The notes under the pieces: generated by a model
Database searches by the model: none
Told to the model about the DNA's origin: nothing
Seen by the model: only the letters and a program-made list of their open reading frames with translations
Assembly (NCBI GenBank): GCA_964347345.1
Contig: CAYFYB010000004.1
Location: 4,681-68,680 of the forward strand
Length of the DNA: 64,000 nucleotides
Direction of reading: 5' to 3'
Origin: an uncultured Methanomassiliicoccales archaeon
GTDB taxonomy: Archaea; Thermoplasmatota; Thermoplasmata; RBG-16-68-12; JAJISG01
In this document: positions 25,397-33,470 of the stretch, piece by piece
Layout: the number at the start of each line of letters is the position of its first letter
Numbering within the stretch: position 1 is the first letter of the stretch
Program-made: the position numbers and the translations under genes

Positions 25397-27037
25397 TCAA
25401 CCCCCCCACCGGAAAGCCTCCACTTCAGCCACTATCTTCTCGTAATCACTGATCTCCTGGTCAATGCGCTCCTTCCCCCATCCCAAGGACTTGGCCATCA
25501 GGCTCGCCACCTCCTTCGCCACGCTCAGGCCGTGACCAGCGTCCTCATAGACGAGTCCGGTCCTTCTGACTAGGACGTCCTGCAGTCTGAGGGCCAGCTC
25601 TTGCTCCACCGCAAAGACAACGTCGGCGTAGATGTAGGGTAGCTCAGGTACAATCCTTTGTCTCAGATTGCCCTCCTCGAGGTATGTCCGGAGGCGGTGG
25701 CAGTCCCTCCCATAGGAAGCGACGAGTCGGTCCACTATTTGGGGATCAAGCCCGCCCATTCCCGAGACGCTCTCCCTAAGCACCTCGAGTTCGGCATCGG
25801 TCATCCTAAGATCCCGGAAGCCCAGACCCTCGGACCGGAGCCGGTTGGCTCGTCCAACCATTCTCATCGCTTTCTTCACGGCTTTCCGAGCGGCCCTTCG
25901 GTAGGTGGTGAGCTTACCTCCGAGGATGGATATGAGGCCGGGAGCGTCCTCAACAACCTTGAAATCCCTGGTGACCTCCGACTCTGGGACTCCGTACTGC
26001 GCCAGCAAGGGCCTAAGCCCTGCATAGGAGCTTACCACGTCTTCGAAGGCGAGATGCGCCCCGGGGAAGGTGTGGTTCACGGTATCCAGCAGATAACCCA
26101 CATCCTCAGCCTCGGCCCTGACCTCGTCGGGATTTCCCCGGAAGTCAGTGTCTGTGGTCCCGACTAAGGTAAGGTCGCGCCAGGGCAGGGCGAAGACGAC
26201 ACGTTCGTCGAGGGGCGATCTCATGACAATAGCGTGCCTGGGACCCATATTCGACCTAGGGAGGAAAACGTGGATTCCCTTCGTGGGTCTTAACCGATTC
26301 CTGCCCGACGGGAGCATAAGCCTGAGGTCGTCACTCCAAGGTCCCGTGGCGTTTATGACGACCCTGCCCCGTGCCTCATGAGTCTCGTCTCGGAGCACGT
26401 CTCTGAATTGGACACCCTGAACTCTGCCATCCTCTCGTATCAATCCCTCCACCTTGGCGTATGTCAGGATGTGGGCCCCGGCGCGGAAGGCCAAGGTGCC
26501 GTTGAGGAGGACTAGCCGAGCGTCGTCGACAAAGCAGTCGTAGTACAGGGCGCCTCCCCGAAGGCCCTGGGTTCTAAGGTTAGGTTCCAGGGCCATCACC
26601 TCCTTCGGACCTAGCCTGCGGTGCCTTTTCACGTTGCTGAAGCCCGACAGGAGATCGTAGAGCCAGAGTCCGAAAAGGGTTGCCAGGGGACCCTCTCCCA
26701 CACCCTCGTAGAAGGGTATGAGGAAGGCGAGGGGCCGAACGAGGTGGGGGTAGTTCGTCCTCAGCCAGTAACGCTCCCTGGTGCCCTGGTGGACCATTTT
26801 CATCTTTCCGTACTTTAGGTAGCGCAGCCCTCCGTGGATGAGGCGGGAGGTTTTGCCACTGGTCCCGCTACCTAGGTCTCCCTTCTCCAGCAGGAGGACC
26901 CTGTATCCGATGGCCGAAGCCTCGTGAGAGACCGCGCATCCTGTTATGCCTCCGCCCACGACTATTAGGTCATACGCTGCACCCAGGCCACGCAGGATTT
27001 CCTCTCGTGTCCTCCAGCTGGGGCCACCCTCCTTCAA
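25397..27037 (-). CDS. FAD-dependent glycerol-3-phosphate dehydrogenase (GlpA/GlpD family)
   Basis: 546 aa. 'YDLIVVGGGITGCAV' dinucleotide fold, 'SRLIHGGLRYLKYG', and a C-terminal helical domain. ATGA overlap with the upstream gene. Confidence 0.85.
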   Translation of the reverse strand: MKEGGPSWRTREEILRGLGAAYDLIVVGGGITGCAVSHEASAIGYRVLLLEKGDLGSGTSGKTSRLIHGGLRYLKYGKMKMVHQGTRERYWLRTNYPHLVRPLAFLIPFYEGVGEGPLATLFGLWLYDLLSGFSNVKRHRRLGPKEVMALEPNLRTQGLRGGALYYDCFVDDARLVLLNGTLAFRAGAHILTYAKVEGLIREDGRVQGVQFRDVLRDETHEARGRVVINATGPWSDDLRLMLPSGRNRLRPTKGIHVFLPRSNMGPRHAIVMRSPLDERVVFALPWRDLTLVGTTDTDFRGNPDEVRAEAEDVGYLLDTVNHTFPGAHLAFEDVVSSYAGLRPLLAQYGVPESEVTRDFKVVEDAPGLISILGGKLTTYRRAARKAVKKAMRMVGRANRLRSEGLGFRDLRMTDAELEVLRESVSGMGGLDPQIVDRLVASYGRDCHRLRTYLEEGNLRQRIVPELPYIYADVVFAVEQELALRLQDVLVRRTGLVYEDAGHGLSVAKEVASLMAKSLGWGKERIDQEISDYEKIVAEVEAFRWGG

Positions 27038-28629
27038 GCCCCTTCCTCCAGCAGTTTTCCTGGGTTCATTATCCCCTCGGGGTCCACCGCGGCCTTTAGG
27101 GCCCGCAGAGCGCGAAGGCCAATCTCACCATGTTCCCTCCTGAGCCAGCGAGCGTGGTCGATGCCTATCCCGTGGTGGTGGCTCAGGGTTCCCCGCTGGA
27201 GGATGGCCTCCGTGGCGGCCTCCTTGAGTTCCTGCCACTGCTCCATCTCCCGGCCCGGGAGCTGAGGCGACAGGATAGTGAAGTAGAGGGAGGCCCCGTC
27301 AAGGTAGGCGTGGGAGAGGTGGCAGAGAACGAGTCCCTCGATGCGGTTCCTACTGAAGACCTCCACCAAGGCGTCGTCTACGGCCGTGTATAGGTCCTGG
27401 AGGTCGGACCAGTTGGCGGCGGTTTCCAAGGTCTCCACGAGGAGGCCTCGATCCAGGAGGTCATCCCTGAGGTAGGGTGCCCTGTAGTACTCCTCCTCCC
27501 ACAGCTCAGCAGTCTCGGAACCAATATCCACGGCGTCCGCTTTGACCCAGTGGCTGACGGCCTTCCGCATGCTCGCCTCTACTTCCCTCTTATCACCATG
27601 AAACTCCAGCAGAACGAGGGCCGGGACGTCCTCCGCTTCGAGGCCCGCCAGGGCCAAGATCATGGACGCCTCATCCTCGTCGGCGATGCGTATCATGGCG
27701 GGGACAATGCCGCCCTGGACCATTTGGCGGCAGATGTCAAGGGCCCTCGGAAAATCCGGGAAGAGTAGGACGCGGCTCTCCTTCGCCACAGGCCTCTTGT
27801 GGACCCGAAGCACAGCCTCCACGATGAATCCGAGGGAACCCTCCGAGCCAATGATCATCTCCTTAAGCTCCGGGCCGGTGGAGCGGGCTGGAACACTCCT
27901 CGTCTCGATCTCCCCCCTAGGTGTCACCAGCCTGACCGCCTGAACCATGTCCTCAATTCCTCCGAAGCGACCCGAGAGGTGACCGGAGGAACGAGTGGCA
28001 ATCCAACCACCTAGGGAGGAGAAGTGGAAGGACTGGGGGTAGTGGCCGAGGGTGAGACCGCGGCTATGCAACGCCTCCTCCATCTCAGGCCCCCGGATCC
28101 CAGCCTCCGCGACGACGAGCATGGAGGTCTCGTCGACCTCCTTCACTCTGTTCAGGCGTCGGAGGTCGACAGTAACCACGGCCTTGTGCCTGCCTTTCCA
28201 CGCCTTGAGGCCTCCCAGGACGGAGGTCCCACCTCCGAAGGGGACGAGGGAGACTCCCCGGTCAGTAGCCCACTCCACGAGGCCTTTCACCTCCTTCACG
28301 CTGGAGGGAAAGGCCACGGCGTCAGTAACTACCAGGGGCAGTCCGACCCGGAGGCCTAGAAGGTCCAGATAGCTCTTTCCCAAAGAATGAACAACCCTCT
28401 CCTCACCGTCGACGTTGACCGCGGTGATGTTCCTCAGAGCCTCGATCTCCCCAGCACTGAGCTCGCTGGGAGAGGGTGACGGCAAGGTAGGTGGACCCCG
28501 TGCCTCTCGAACCTCTATGCCTCGGTCCCGCAGTAGGTTGAGGACCCGGTCAAGTCTGTTGCGGGGGTACCGCTCACCCGGCAGGCCCCATCCCCAGGGC
28601 TTGCTACCCCGCTCCATGTGGGAGGCCAA
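27034..28629 (-). CDS. FAD-linked oxidase, alkyl-dihydroxyacetonephosphate-synthase-like (GlcD/ADPS superfamily)
   Basis: 531 aa. N-terminal 'KPWGWGLPGERYP' extension as in ADPS-like proteins, PCMH-type FAD domain 'VSLVPFGGGTSVLGG', and C-terminal 'GTLSHHHGIG'. Confidence 0.7.
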   Translation of the reverse strand: MASHMERGSKPWGWGLPGERYPRNRLDRVLNLLRDRGIEVREARGPPTLPSPSPSELSAGEIEALRNITAVNVDGEERVVHSLGKSYLDLLGLRVGLPLVVTDAVAFPSSVKEVKGLVEWATDRGVSLVPFGGGTSVLGGLKAWKGRHKAVVTVDLRRLNRVKEVDETSMLVVAEAGIRGPEMEEALHSRGLTLGHYPQSFHFSSLGGWIATRSSGHLSGRFGGIEDMVQAVRLVTPRGEIETRSVPARSTGPELKEMIIGSEGSLGFIVEAVLRVHKRPVAKESRVLLFPDFPRALDICRQMVQGGIVPAMIRIADEDEASMILALAGLEAEDVPALVLLEFHGDKREVEASMRKAVSHWVKADAVDIGSETAELWEEEYYRAPYLRDDLLDRGLLVETLETAANWSDLQDLYTAVDDALVEVFSRNRIEGLVLCHLSHAYLDGASLYFTILSPQLPGREMEQWQELKEAATEAILQRGTLSHHHGIGIDHARWLRREHGEIGLRALRALKAAVDPEGIMNPGKLLEEGA

Positions 28630-28706
28630 CGCGACACTGGTAGAATAGATTTCGTCTTCTCCCGGGGAGCTTTAATACCGACGGCGAGATGCCACCGAGA
28701 GGGCTC

Positions 28707-29861
28707 ATGATAGTGAGAGACCAGGTTATCGGGGTGCTGGAGGGTTACGGCGATGACGTCATGGTGGGCGTCCTTGCCTCTCACTCTGCCCTGGATGTAT
28801 GCGATGGGGCAGTGGAGGAGGGGTTCAGGACCCTGGCACTCTGTCAGGCCGGGAGGGAGGAACCCTATGCCCGCTATTTCAGAGCCGTCCGGGACAGGGA
28901 TGGAAAGGCCCTGAGGGGGGTCGTCGACGAGGCCCTGGTCCTCAAGTCTTTCAAGGAGGCCATCTCGAAGGAAGTCCAGGAGAGGCTGCGTCGCGAGAAC
29001 GTCCTCTTCGTCCCCAACAGGTCCTTCGTCTCCTATGTGGGCCTGGAGGAGGTGGAGGACGAGTTTCTCCTGCCACTGGTGGGCAGTCGGAACCTTCTGA
29101 GGACGGAGGAGAGGACCGAGGAGAAGGGCTACTACTGGATACTGGAGGAGGCGGGACTGCCCTACCCACGTCGCTTCAAGACACCCGAGGAGATCGACTC
29201 TCTCGCCATCGTAAAGCTGCCCCACAAGGTGAAGAGACTCGAGAGGGGCTTCTTCACGGCGGCCAGCTATGAGGAATACAAGGAGAAGTCCAAGAGGCTG
29301 CTGGAGCACGGGGTGATCACCCGCGACGACCTGGCAGTGGCCAGGATGGAGAAGTACATCCTGGGCCCGGTCTTCAACTTCGACTTCTTCTACTCGCCCC
29401 TTCAGGATGGAGGGGAGAGACTGGAGCTTCTGGGTATCGACTGGCGCTTCGAGACATCCCTCGACGGTCACGTTAGGCTGCCAGCGGATCAGCAGCTAAC
29501 CCTCGTCGGGGATGAGAGGGACCCGGAGTACGTCGTCTGTGGCCACAACTCCGCCACCCTCAGGGAGTCCCTTCTCAGCAGGGTCTTCCCCCTGGCGGAG
29601 AAGTACGTGAAGGCGACGCGGGAGCACTTCCCGCCGGGCATGATCGGACCCTTCACCCTGCAGACCTGCGTTGACAAGGACATGGACTTCTTCATCTACG
29701 ACGTCTCACCACGCATCGGAGGAGGAACCAACGTCCACATGTCCGTGGGACATCCCTACGGGAACACCCTCTGGAGGTGCAGGATGAGCACTGGGAGGAG
29801 GGTGGCCCTGGAGATCAGAAGAGCGGTGGAAAGGGACGAGCTGGAGAAGATAGTCACTTGA
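28707..29861 (+). CDS. purP: 5-formaminoimidazole-4-carboxamide ribonucleotide (FAICAR) synthetase PurP
   Basis: Colinear with archaeal PurP ('GVLASHSALDV', 'FVPNRSFVSYVGLEEVE', 'GMIGPFTLQTCV', 'SPRIGGGTNVHM'). The track start is 28689. ATG at 28707 ('MIVRDQVIGVLEGY') fits better with the TATA 'GCTTTAATACC' at about 28668-28678. Confidence 0.85.
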   Translation: MIVRDQVIGVLEGYGDDVMVGVLASHSALDVCDGAVEEGFRTLALCQAGREEPYARYFRAVRDRDGKALRGVVDEALVLKSFKEAISKEVQERLRRENVLFVPNRSFVSYVGLEEVEDEFLLPLVGSRNLLRTEERTEEKGYYWILEEAGLPYPRRFKTPEEIDSLAIVKLPHKVKRLERGFFTAASYEEYKEKSKRLLEHGVITRDDLAVARMEKYILGPVFNFDFFYSPLQDGGERLELLGIDWRFETSLDGHVRLPADQQLTLVGDERDPEYVVCGHNSATLRESLLSRVFPLAEKYVKATREHFPPGMIGPFTLQTCVDKDMDFFIYDVSPRIGGGTNVHMSVGHPYGNTLWRCRMSTGRRVALEIRRAVERDELEKIVT

Positions 29862-30501
29862 CCTCGGACTCCTCCAGACGGCTGAGGTAGTCGGGCGGCA
29901 CCTCGTCCGCGATGTACACGAACTTCCCCGCTTTCTTGAAGACCACACCGTCCTCTCTTGCCCTCTCGGCGTCCACCAGAAGGATGACAGGATTGGCGGT
30001 CCTCACCTGCCCAGCCTCGGTGGCACTCTCCAGGGTGTCGCTGAGGTGGACCCACTGCCGGTCAGAGGGCCTCAGGCCAATCTCCAGCAGGATGCTGCAC
30101 TCCTCCTCCGTCGTCGGGTAGTAGAGAACGGAGGGTATGTCCTCCGTGGGAAGGTCCATGTCCAGCTCTATGGAGTGACCGTAGGTGGCCCTCACCTTTC
30201 CCTCGTCGAACTGATAACGCCCCTTGGGGTCTGTCTGCACGATGGCGATGATGTGGTGGGGCTTCAGAAACCTGAACTTCTTATGCCTGATCTGGACAGC
30301 CGTTACCAGATCTCGGAGGTCGACCCATCCGTGTTCATCCATGTCCAGACCGTAGCGACTGGGAAAATGCCTGAGCACTCCGGCCAGCGTCCTCCCCAGG
30401 AGGTTCAGCTCCCTCTCGTTGAGAAGGAACTTGCCTTTGCTGCCACAGTTTGGACAGAGTTCTCCACGATAGAACCCGTGAGACCGACACTCCTGTAACA
30501 T
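29854..30501 (-). CDS. kptA: RNA 2'-phosphotransferase (Tpt1/KptA) with N-terminal zinc ribbon
   Basis: 215 aa. 'CRSHGFYRGELCPNCG' ribbon, then 'LSRTLAGVLRHFPSRYGLDMDEHGWVDLRDL', typical of KptA. 8-nt convergent overlap with purP. Confidence 0.85.
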   Translation of the reverse strand: MLQECRSHGFYRGELCPNCGSKGKFLLNERELNLLGRTLAGVLRHFPSRYGLDMDEHGWVDLRDLVTAVQIRHKKFRFLKPHHIIAIVQTDPKGRYQFDEGKVRATYGHSIELDMDLPTEDIPSVLYYPTTEEECSILLEIGLRPSDRQWVHLSDTLESATEAGQVRTANPVILLVDAERAREDGVVFKKAGKFVYIADEVPPDYLSRLEESEVK

Positions 30502-30570
30502 GTGCCCCCCGGCTGCATATCAGGCAATGGCGTTAAAGCCTTTCCCATGAGGACTTCGGTCTCGAGGCTG

Positions 30571-31395
30571 CTACAGCGGCTCGATCTCCCTCTCGTGCAA
30601 TATGGCAAGTCCGGAGGCCTCGAGCATCCTCTCGATGCGCCTGCGGTCCTCGCCCTTGATGGCCTTGCGGTGCAGGTAGGCCGCCGAGACCTCTGGGGTC
30701 TTTTCCAGGGCTTGCAGGAAGGTCGCTTCCTTCAGGCCGCCCAAGGCGTAGGAGGGGATGAGATGCCCGAAGGAGACCCGCCGGGCCAGGGCGACATCAG
30801 TGATTCTTGGCATGTAGTGGCCCCCGCCAACCCCAAGAGCGACGGGGTTCCTCACGGGTTGAAGCTCCATGAGAACCTCAGCAATGATGCGGGCCGCCTC
30901 CTCCTCGGCCCAGGCGGCCTCGTCGCTCCCCACCTCGATGTAGAAGGCTGGGGTCTCCAAGTAGGGTCCGTGATGGGTGGCCTCAAAGGACACCGAATGC
31001 TCCATGGTTGATGCCTTCTCCTTCAGCAGCCTCAGGGCCTCGGTCATCCAGTGAGGGGCAGTGGGAACGAGCATCTCAGGCTCCCCTCCATATTCGGCCA
31101 CGTCTCCCAGATTACCGATGGGGTGGACGGTGAAGCTCCTCATGCCGCTCTCGCTCCTATGCCTGGAGGCGTATGTTACCAGTGTGGGGCGTAGGTCCAA
31201 GGTCTCCTCCACCTCCCGGTCCAGGTGGTCACGGTACAGATGGAAGTCCCGCAACGTGACGAGAACCCTGTCCTCAACCCCAAACATGGGGTTTCCATCG
31301 AATCGACCCACCTCCTTCCAGGGGGCGAGTCGCAAGATCTGTCTGAGGATGTTGGCACTAGCGGGGTCGGCGGAGGAGGTGGCTATTAGCTGCAT
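30571..31395 (-). CDS. dtdA: D-aminoacyl-tRNA deacylase, archaeal type
   Basis: 274 aa. 'MQLIATSSADPASANI', 'HPIGN', 'SFEATHHGP'. Size and order match archaeal DtdA. Confidence 0.8.
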   Translation of the reverse strand: MQLIATSSADPASANILRQILRLAPWKEVGRFDGNPMFGVEDRVLVTLRDFHLYRDHLDREVEETLDLRPTLVTYASRHRSESGMRSFTVHPIGNLGDVAEYGGEPEMLVPTAPHWMTEALRLLKEKASTMEHSVSFEATHHGPYLETPAFYIEVGSDEAAWAEEEAARIIAEVLMELQPVRNPVALGVGGGHYMPRITDVALARRVSFGHLIPSYALGGLKEATFLQALEKTPEVSAAYLHRKAIKGEDRRRIERMLEASGLAILHEREIEPL

Positions 31396-31551
31396 CGTCG
31401 AAGCAATGCCCCGAGACTAGATGACCTTTTGCGGCTCTGTGGATGACGACCTCCAGTCGAAGGCGAGTGAAGGGTGCACTATGTAACCTCGATCATCCTT
31501 GGATCCGTGCACAGGGAAAGATTTCAATAGCATCCCGATTTTACGAGGTGT

Positions 31552-31845
31552 ATGGAGCTCGTCTACCTCAGATCCCCCACAGGTCAGCAACACGAGAGAG
31601 CTGAAACCGTCTTGAAACGCATCCGTGAGCTTCTTCCTGACCTGAGCTACAAGGAGGTCGATCCTCGGGAGGATCCTGACTATGCTGCGAAGTTCAATAT
31701 CAAACACGCTCCAGGTATTGTCATCGACGGCACCATAGAGTTCGTGGGCATTCCGAGGGAGCGAATGCTTCTCGAGAGGATAAAGCAGCTCCAGTCATCC
31801 CCTAAGGCGCGGGAGCCACAGAAGGGCGGAAGCTCCAACGACTGA
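31552..31845 (+). CDS. Thioredoxin-fold protein lacking the CxxC active site
   Basis: 97 aa. Small-Trx/Grx-like layout ('VYLRSPTGQQHERAETVL...', 'APGIVIDGTIEFVGIPRERML'). No Cys in the whole protein. Confidence 0.6.
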   Translation: MELVYLRSPTGQQHERAETVLKRIRELLPDLSYKEVDPREDPDYAAKFNIKHAPGIVIDGTIEFVGIPRERMLLERIKQLQSSPKAREPQKGGSSND

Positions 31846-31888
31846 CTCAAACATTTAATAGTGAAACGGGCCATTCAAAGGCGATTCG

Positions 31889-32653
31889 ATGACCACATCC
31901 ATCAGGATTGTTGACCACAAGGAGATGGACCTTTCGGCAGCCCTTGTGGTGGTCGGCTTTCCTGGAGTCGGGCTCGTAGGCACCATAGCCACCAACTTTC
32001 TCGTGTCCGCCTTGAACTTGGACAGAATAGCGTCCATACTGTCCCGGGAACTCCCACCCATGGCCGTCCTCAAGGACGGTCGCGCCATGAGCCCCGTCCG
32101 GATACACGCAGCCCCCATGGTCTGTGGTGTCGACGGCAAGTGTGACCAGTTGGCCGTGGTGCTCTCGGAGGTCACCCCTAAGGCGGAGGTACTCTACGAC
32201 GTCTGCGAGGCCTTGCTGTCCTGGTGTCTGGAGAAGAAGGTCACAGAGCTCGTCGTTCTGGAGGGCTTGTTGACATCCCAGGGGGGCACCGACGCGAAGG
32301 TCTATGGAACGGCCAACAGCAAGGTGACCCTTCAGCGGCTCGCGCAGTTGAGGGTCATACCCATGGCTGAGGGCATCCTCAGCGGGCTTCCAGGGCTGTT
32401 AACGTATCTGGGCGAGGCCATGGGGCTGGAGGTAACCTGCCTACTTGCAGAAACGACTAAGGAGTATCCTGACGCCAGGTCGGCCGCGAAACTCCTAGAG
32501 GTATTGGATCCCTTTGTGCCCCAGATAAAGATTGATCCGAAGCCTCTTTACCAGAAAGCGGAGCTCATCGAGGGCCACTTGAAGGCCTCCCTGAAGAAGC
32601 ACACGGAGAGCATCGCGGATCTCGCTGAGCGCTCCAAGATCATGTACGGGTAG
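31889..32653 (+). CDS. PAC2-family (proteasome assembly chaperone-like) protein
   Basis: 254 aa. 'ALVVVGFPGVGLVGTIATNFLV' is typical of archaeal PAC2. Confidence 0.8.
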   Translation: MTTSIRIVDHKEMDLSAALVVVGFPGVGLVGTIATNFLVSALNLDRIASILSRELPPMAVLKDGRAMSPVRIHAAPMVCGVDGKCDQLAVVLSEVTPKAEVLYDVCEALLSWCLEKKVTELVVLEGLLTSQGGTDAKVYGTANSKVTLQRLAQLRVIPMAEGILSGLPGLLTYLGEAMGLEVTCLLAETTKEYPDARSAAKLLEVLDPFVPQIKIDPKPLYQKAELIEGHLKASLKKHTESIADLAERSKIMYG

Positions 32654-32657
32654 TACT

Positions 32658-32807
32658 ATGGCAGAGAAGACCTACACTTGTCCCGAATGCGGGGAAAAGA
32701 GCATGGTCAAGAAGGCGGGGAAACCCGGCTGGTACCTCCTCCACTGCAGTAAGTGCGGTGCCGAGAGGGGTCCCTTTCGGAACGCCGAGGACAGGTCGGT
32801 AGCCTAG
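32658..32807 (+). CDS. Small zinc-ribbon protein (49 aa)
   Basis: Own translation: MAEKTYTCPECGEKSMVKKAGKPGWYLLHCSKCGAERGPFRNAEDRSVA. CPxC...CxxC ribbon. ATG is 4 nt after the PAC2 stop. Below the ORF-track length cut-off. Confidence 0.5.
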   Translation: MAEKTYTCPECGEKSMVKKAGKPGWYLLHCSKCGAERGPFRNAEDRSVA

Positions 32808-32965
32808 CACGGATACCCGCCAAGGCACATCATCCCCCCTCGACAGTGGCTACACGGCGAAACTTTAATAACGATTGGCCAGATATTCAGGCCGGCGATT
32901 GGGCACCTAACGTTGGGTGGAGGAGGCCTGATCAGAGGCCTGCCCGACAGGAGAGAGGGGCGGAT

Positions 32966-33421
32966 ATGGGCTTCGAGGAGGAATTCGAGGAGATGCGGAA
33001 GAGGATAGATAAAATGTTTCGAGACTTCTTCCAGAGCAAGTCCTCTGACCTTCGTAGCCCCTTCGTCTACGGTTTCTCCGTGAAAGTGGAAAAGGATGGT
33101 GTGCCCCGGATTAAGGAGTTCGGTAGCATGAAGCCCACTGTGCAGGGACGGGACCCCAGCGAAAGAGAGCCGGTGTACGACGTGATAGAAGGAGAGCAGG
33201 AGATATACATCACGGTGGAACTCCCAGGCACCACTCCCGAGAGGATAAGTCTCCGTGCTTCAGAGCGGGTTCTAACCGTCGAGGCCCAGGGCTTCAGGAG
33301 ATACTGGAAGGTCCTAGAGCTTCCTGACACCGTGGATGCCTCCAGCCTCAGGTGGACCTTCAACAACGGCGTTCTGGACATCACCCTTGCCAAGCGGACC
33401 ACAAGGGTGAGGGCGGGGTAG
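32966..33421 (+). CDS. Small heat-shock protein (Hsp20/alpha-crystallin family)
   Basis: The track ORF 32753.. has an implausible N-terminal extension that overlaps the zinc-ribbon gene. ATG at 32966 after GGAGAGAGGGG gives 151 aa, 'MGFEEEFEEMRKRIDKMF...', with the alpha-crystallin core 'IYITVELPG' and 'NGVLDITL'. Confidence 0.85.
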   Translation: MGFEEEFEEMRKRIDKMFRDFFQSKSSDLRSPFVYGFSVKVEKDGVPRIKEFGSMKPTVQGRDPSEREPVYDVIEGEQEIYITVELPGTTPERISLRASERVLTVEAQGFRRYWKVLELPDTVDASSLRWTFNNGVLDITLAKRTTRVRAG

Positions 33422-33470
33422 CACCGGGAAGTTTTATGTGCCAGGCTGGGCCTTGAGGCCTGAGGCCAAC

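Noticed and set aside
28515-29471. 318-aa minus-strand ORF
   Set aside because: It lies entirely antisense to purP, whose translation is colinear with archaeal PurP. The antisense translation has no recognisable motif. It is a typical shadow ORF of a GC-rich coding region.
32753-32965. N-terminal extensions of track ORFs (hsp20 32753; also pyrK 11857, htrA 34484, PRTase 42360, GAF 46149, polX 41768, gdh 33438)
   Set aside because: The extensions overlap the preceding gene or have junk-like composition. Internal starts with an SD or correct TATA spacing give proteins matching family-typical N-termini.
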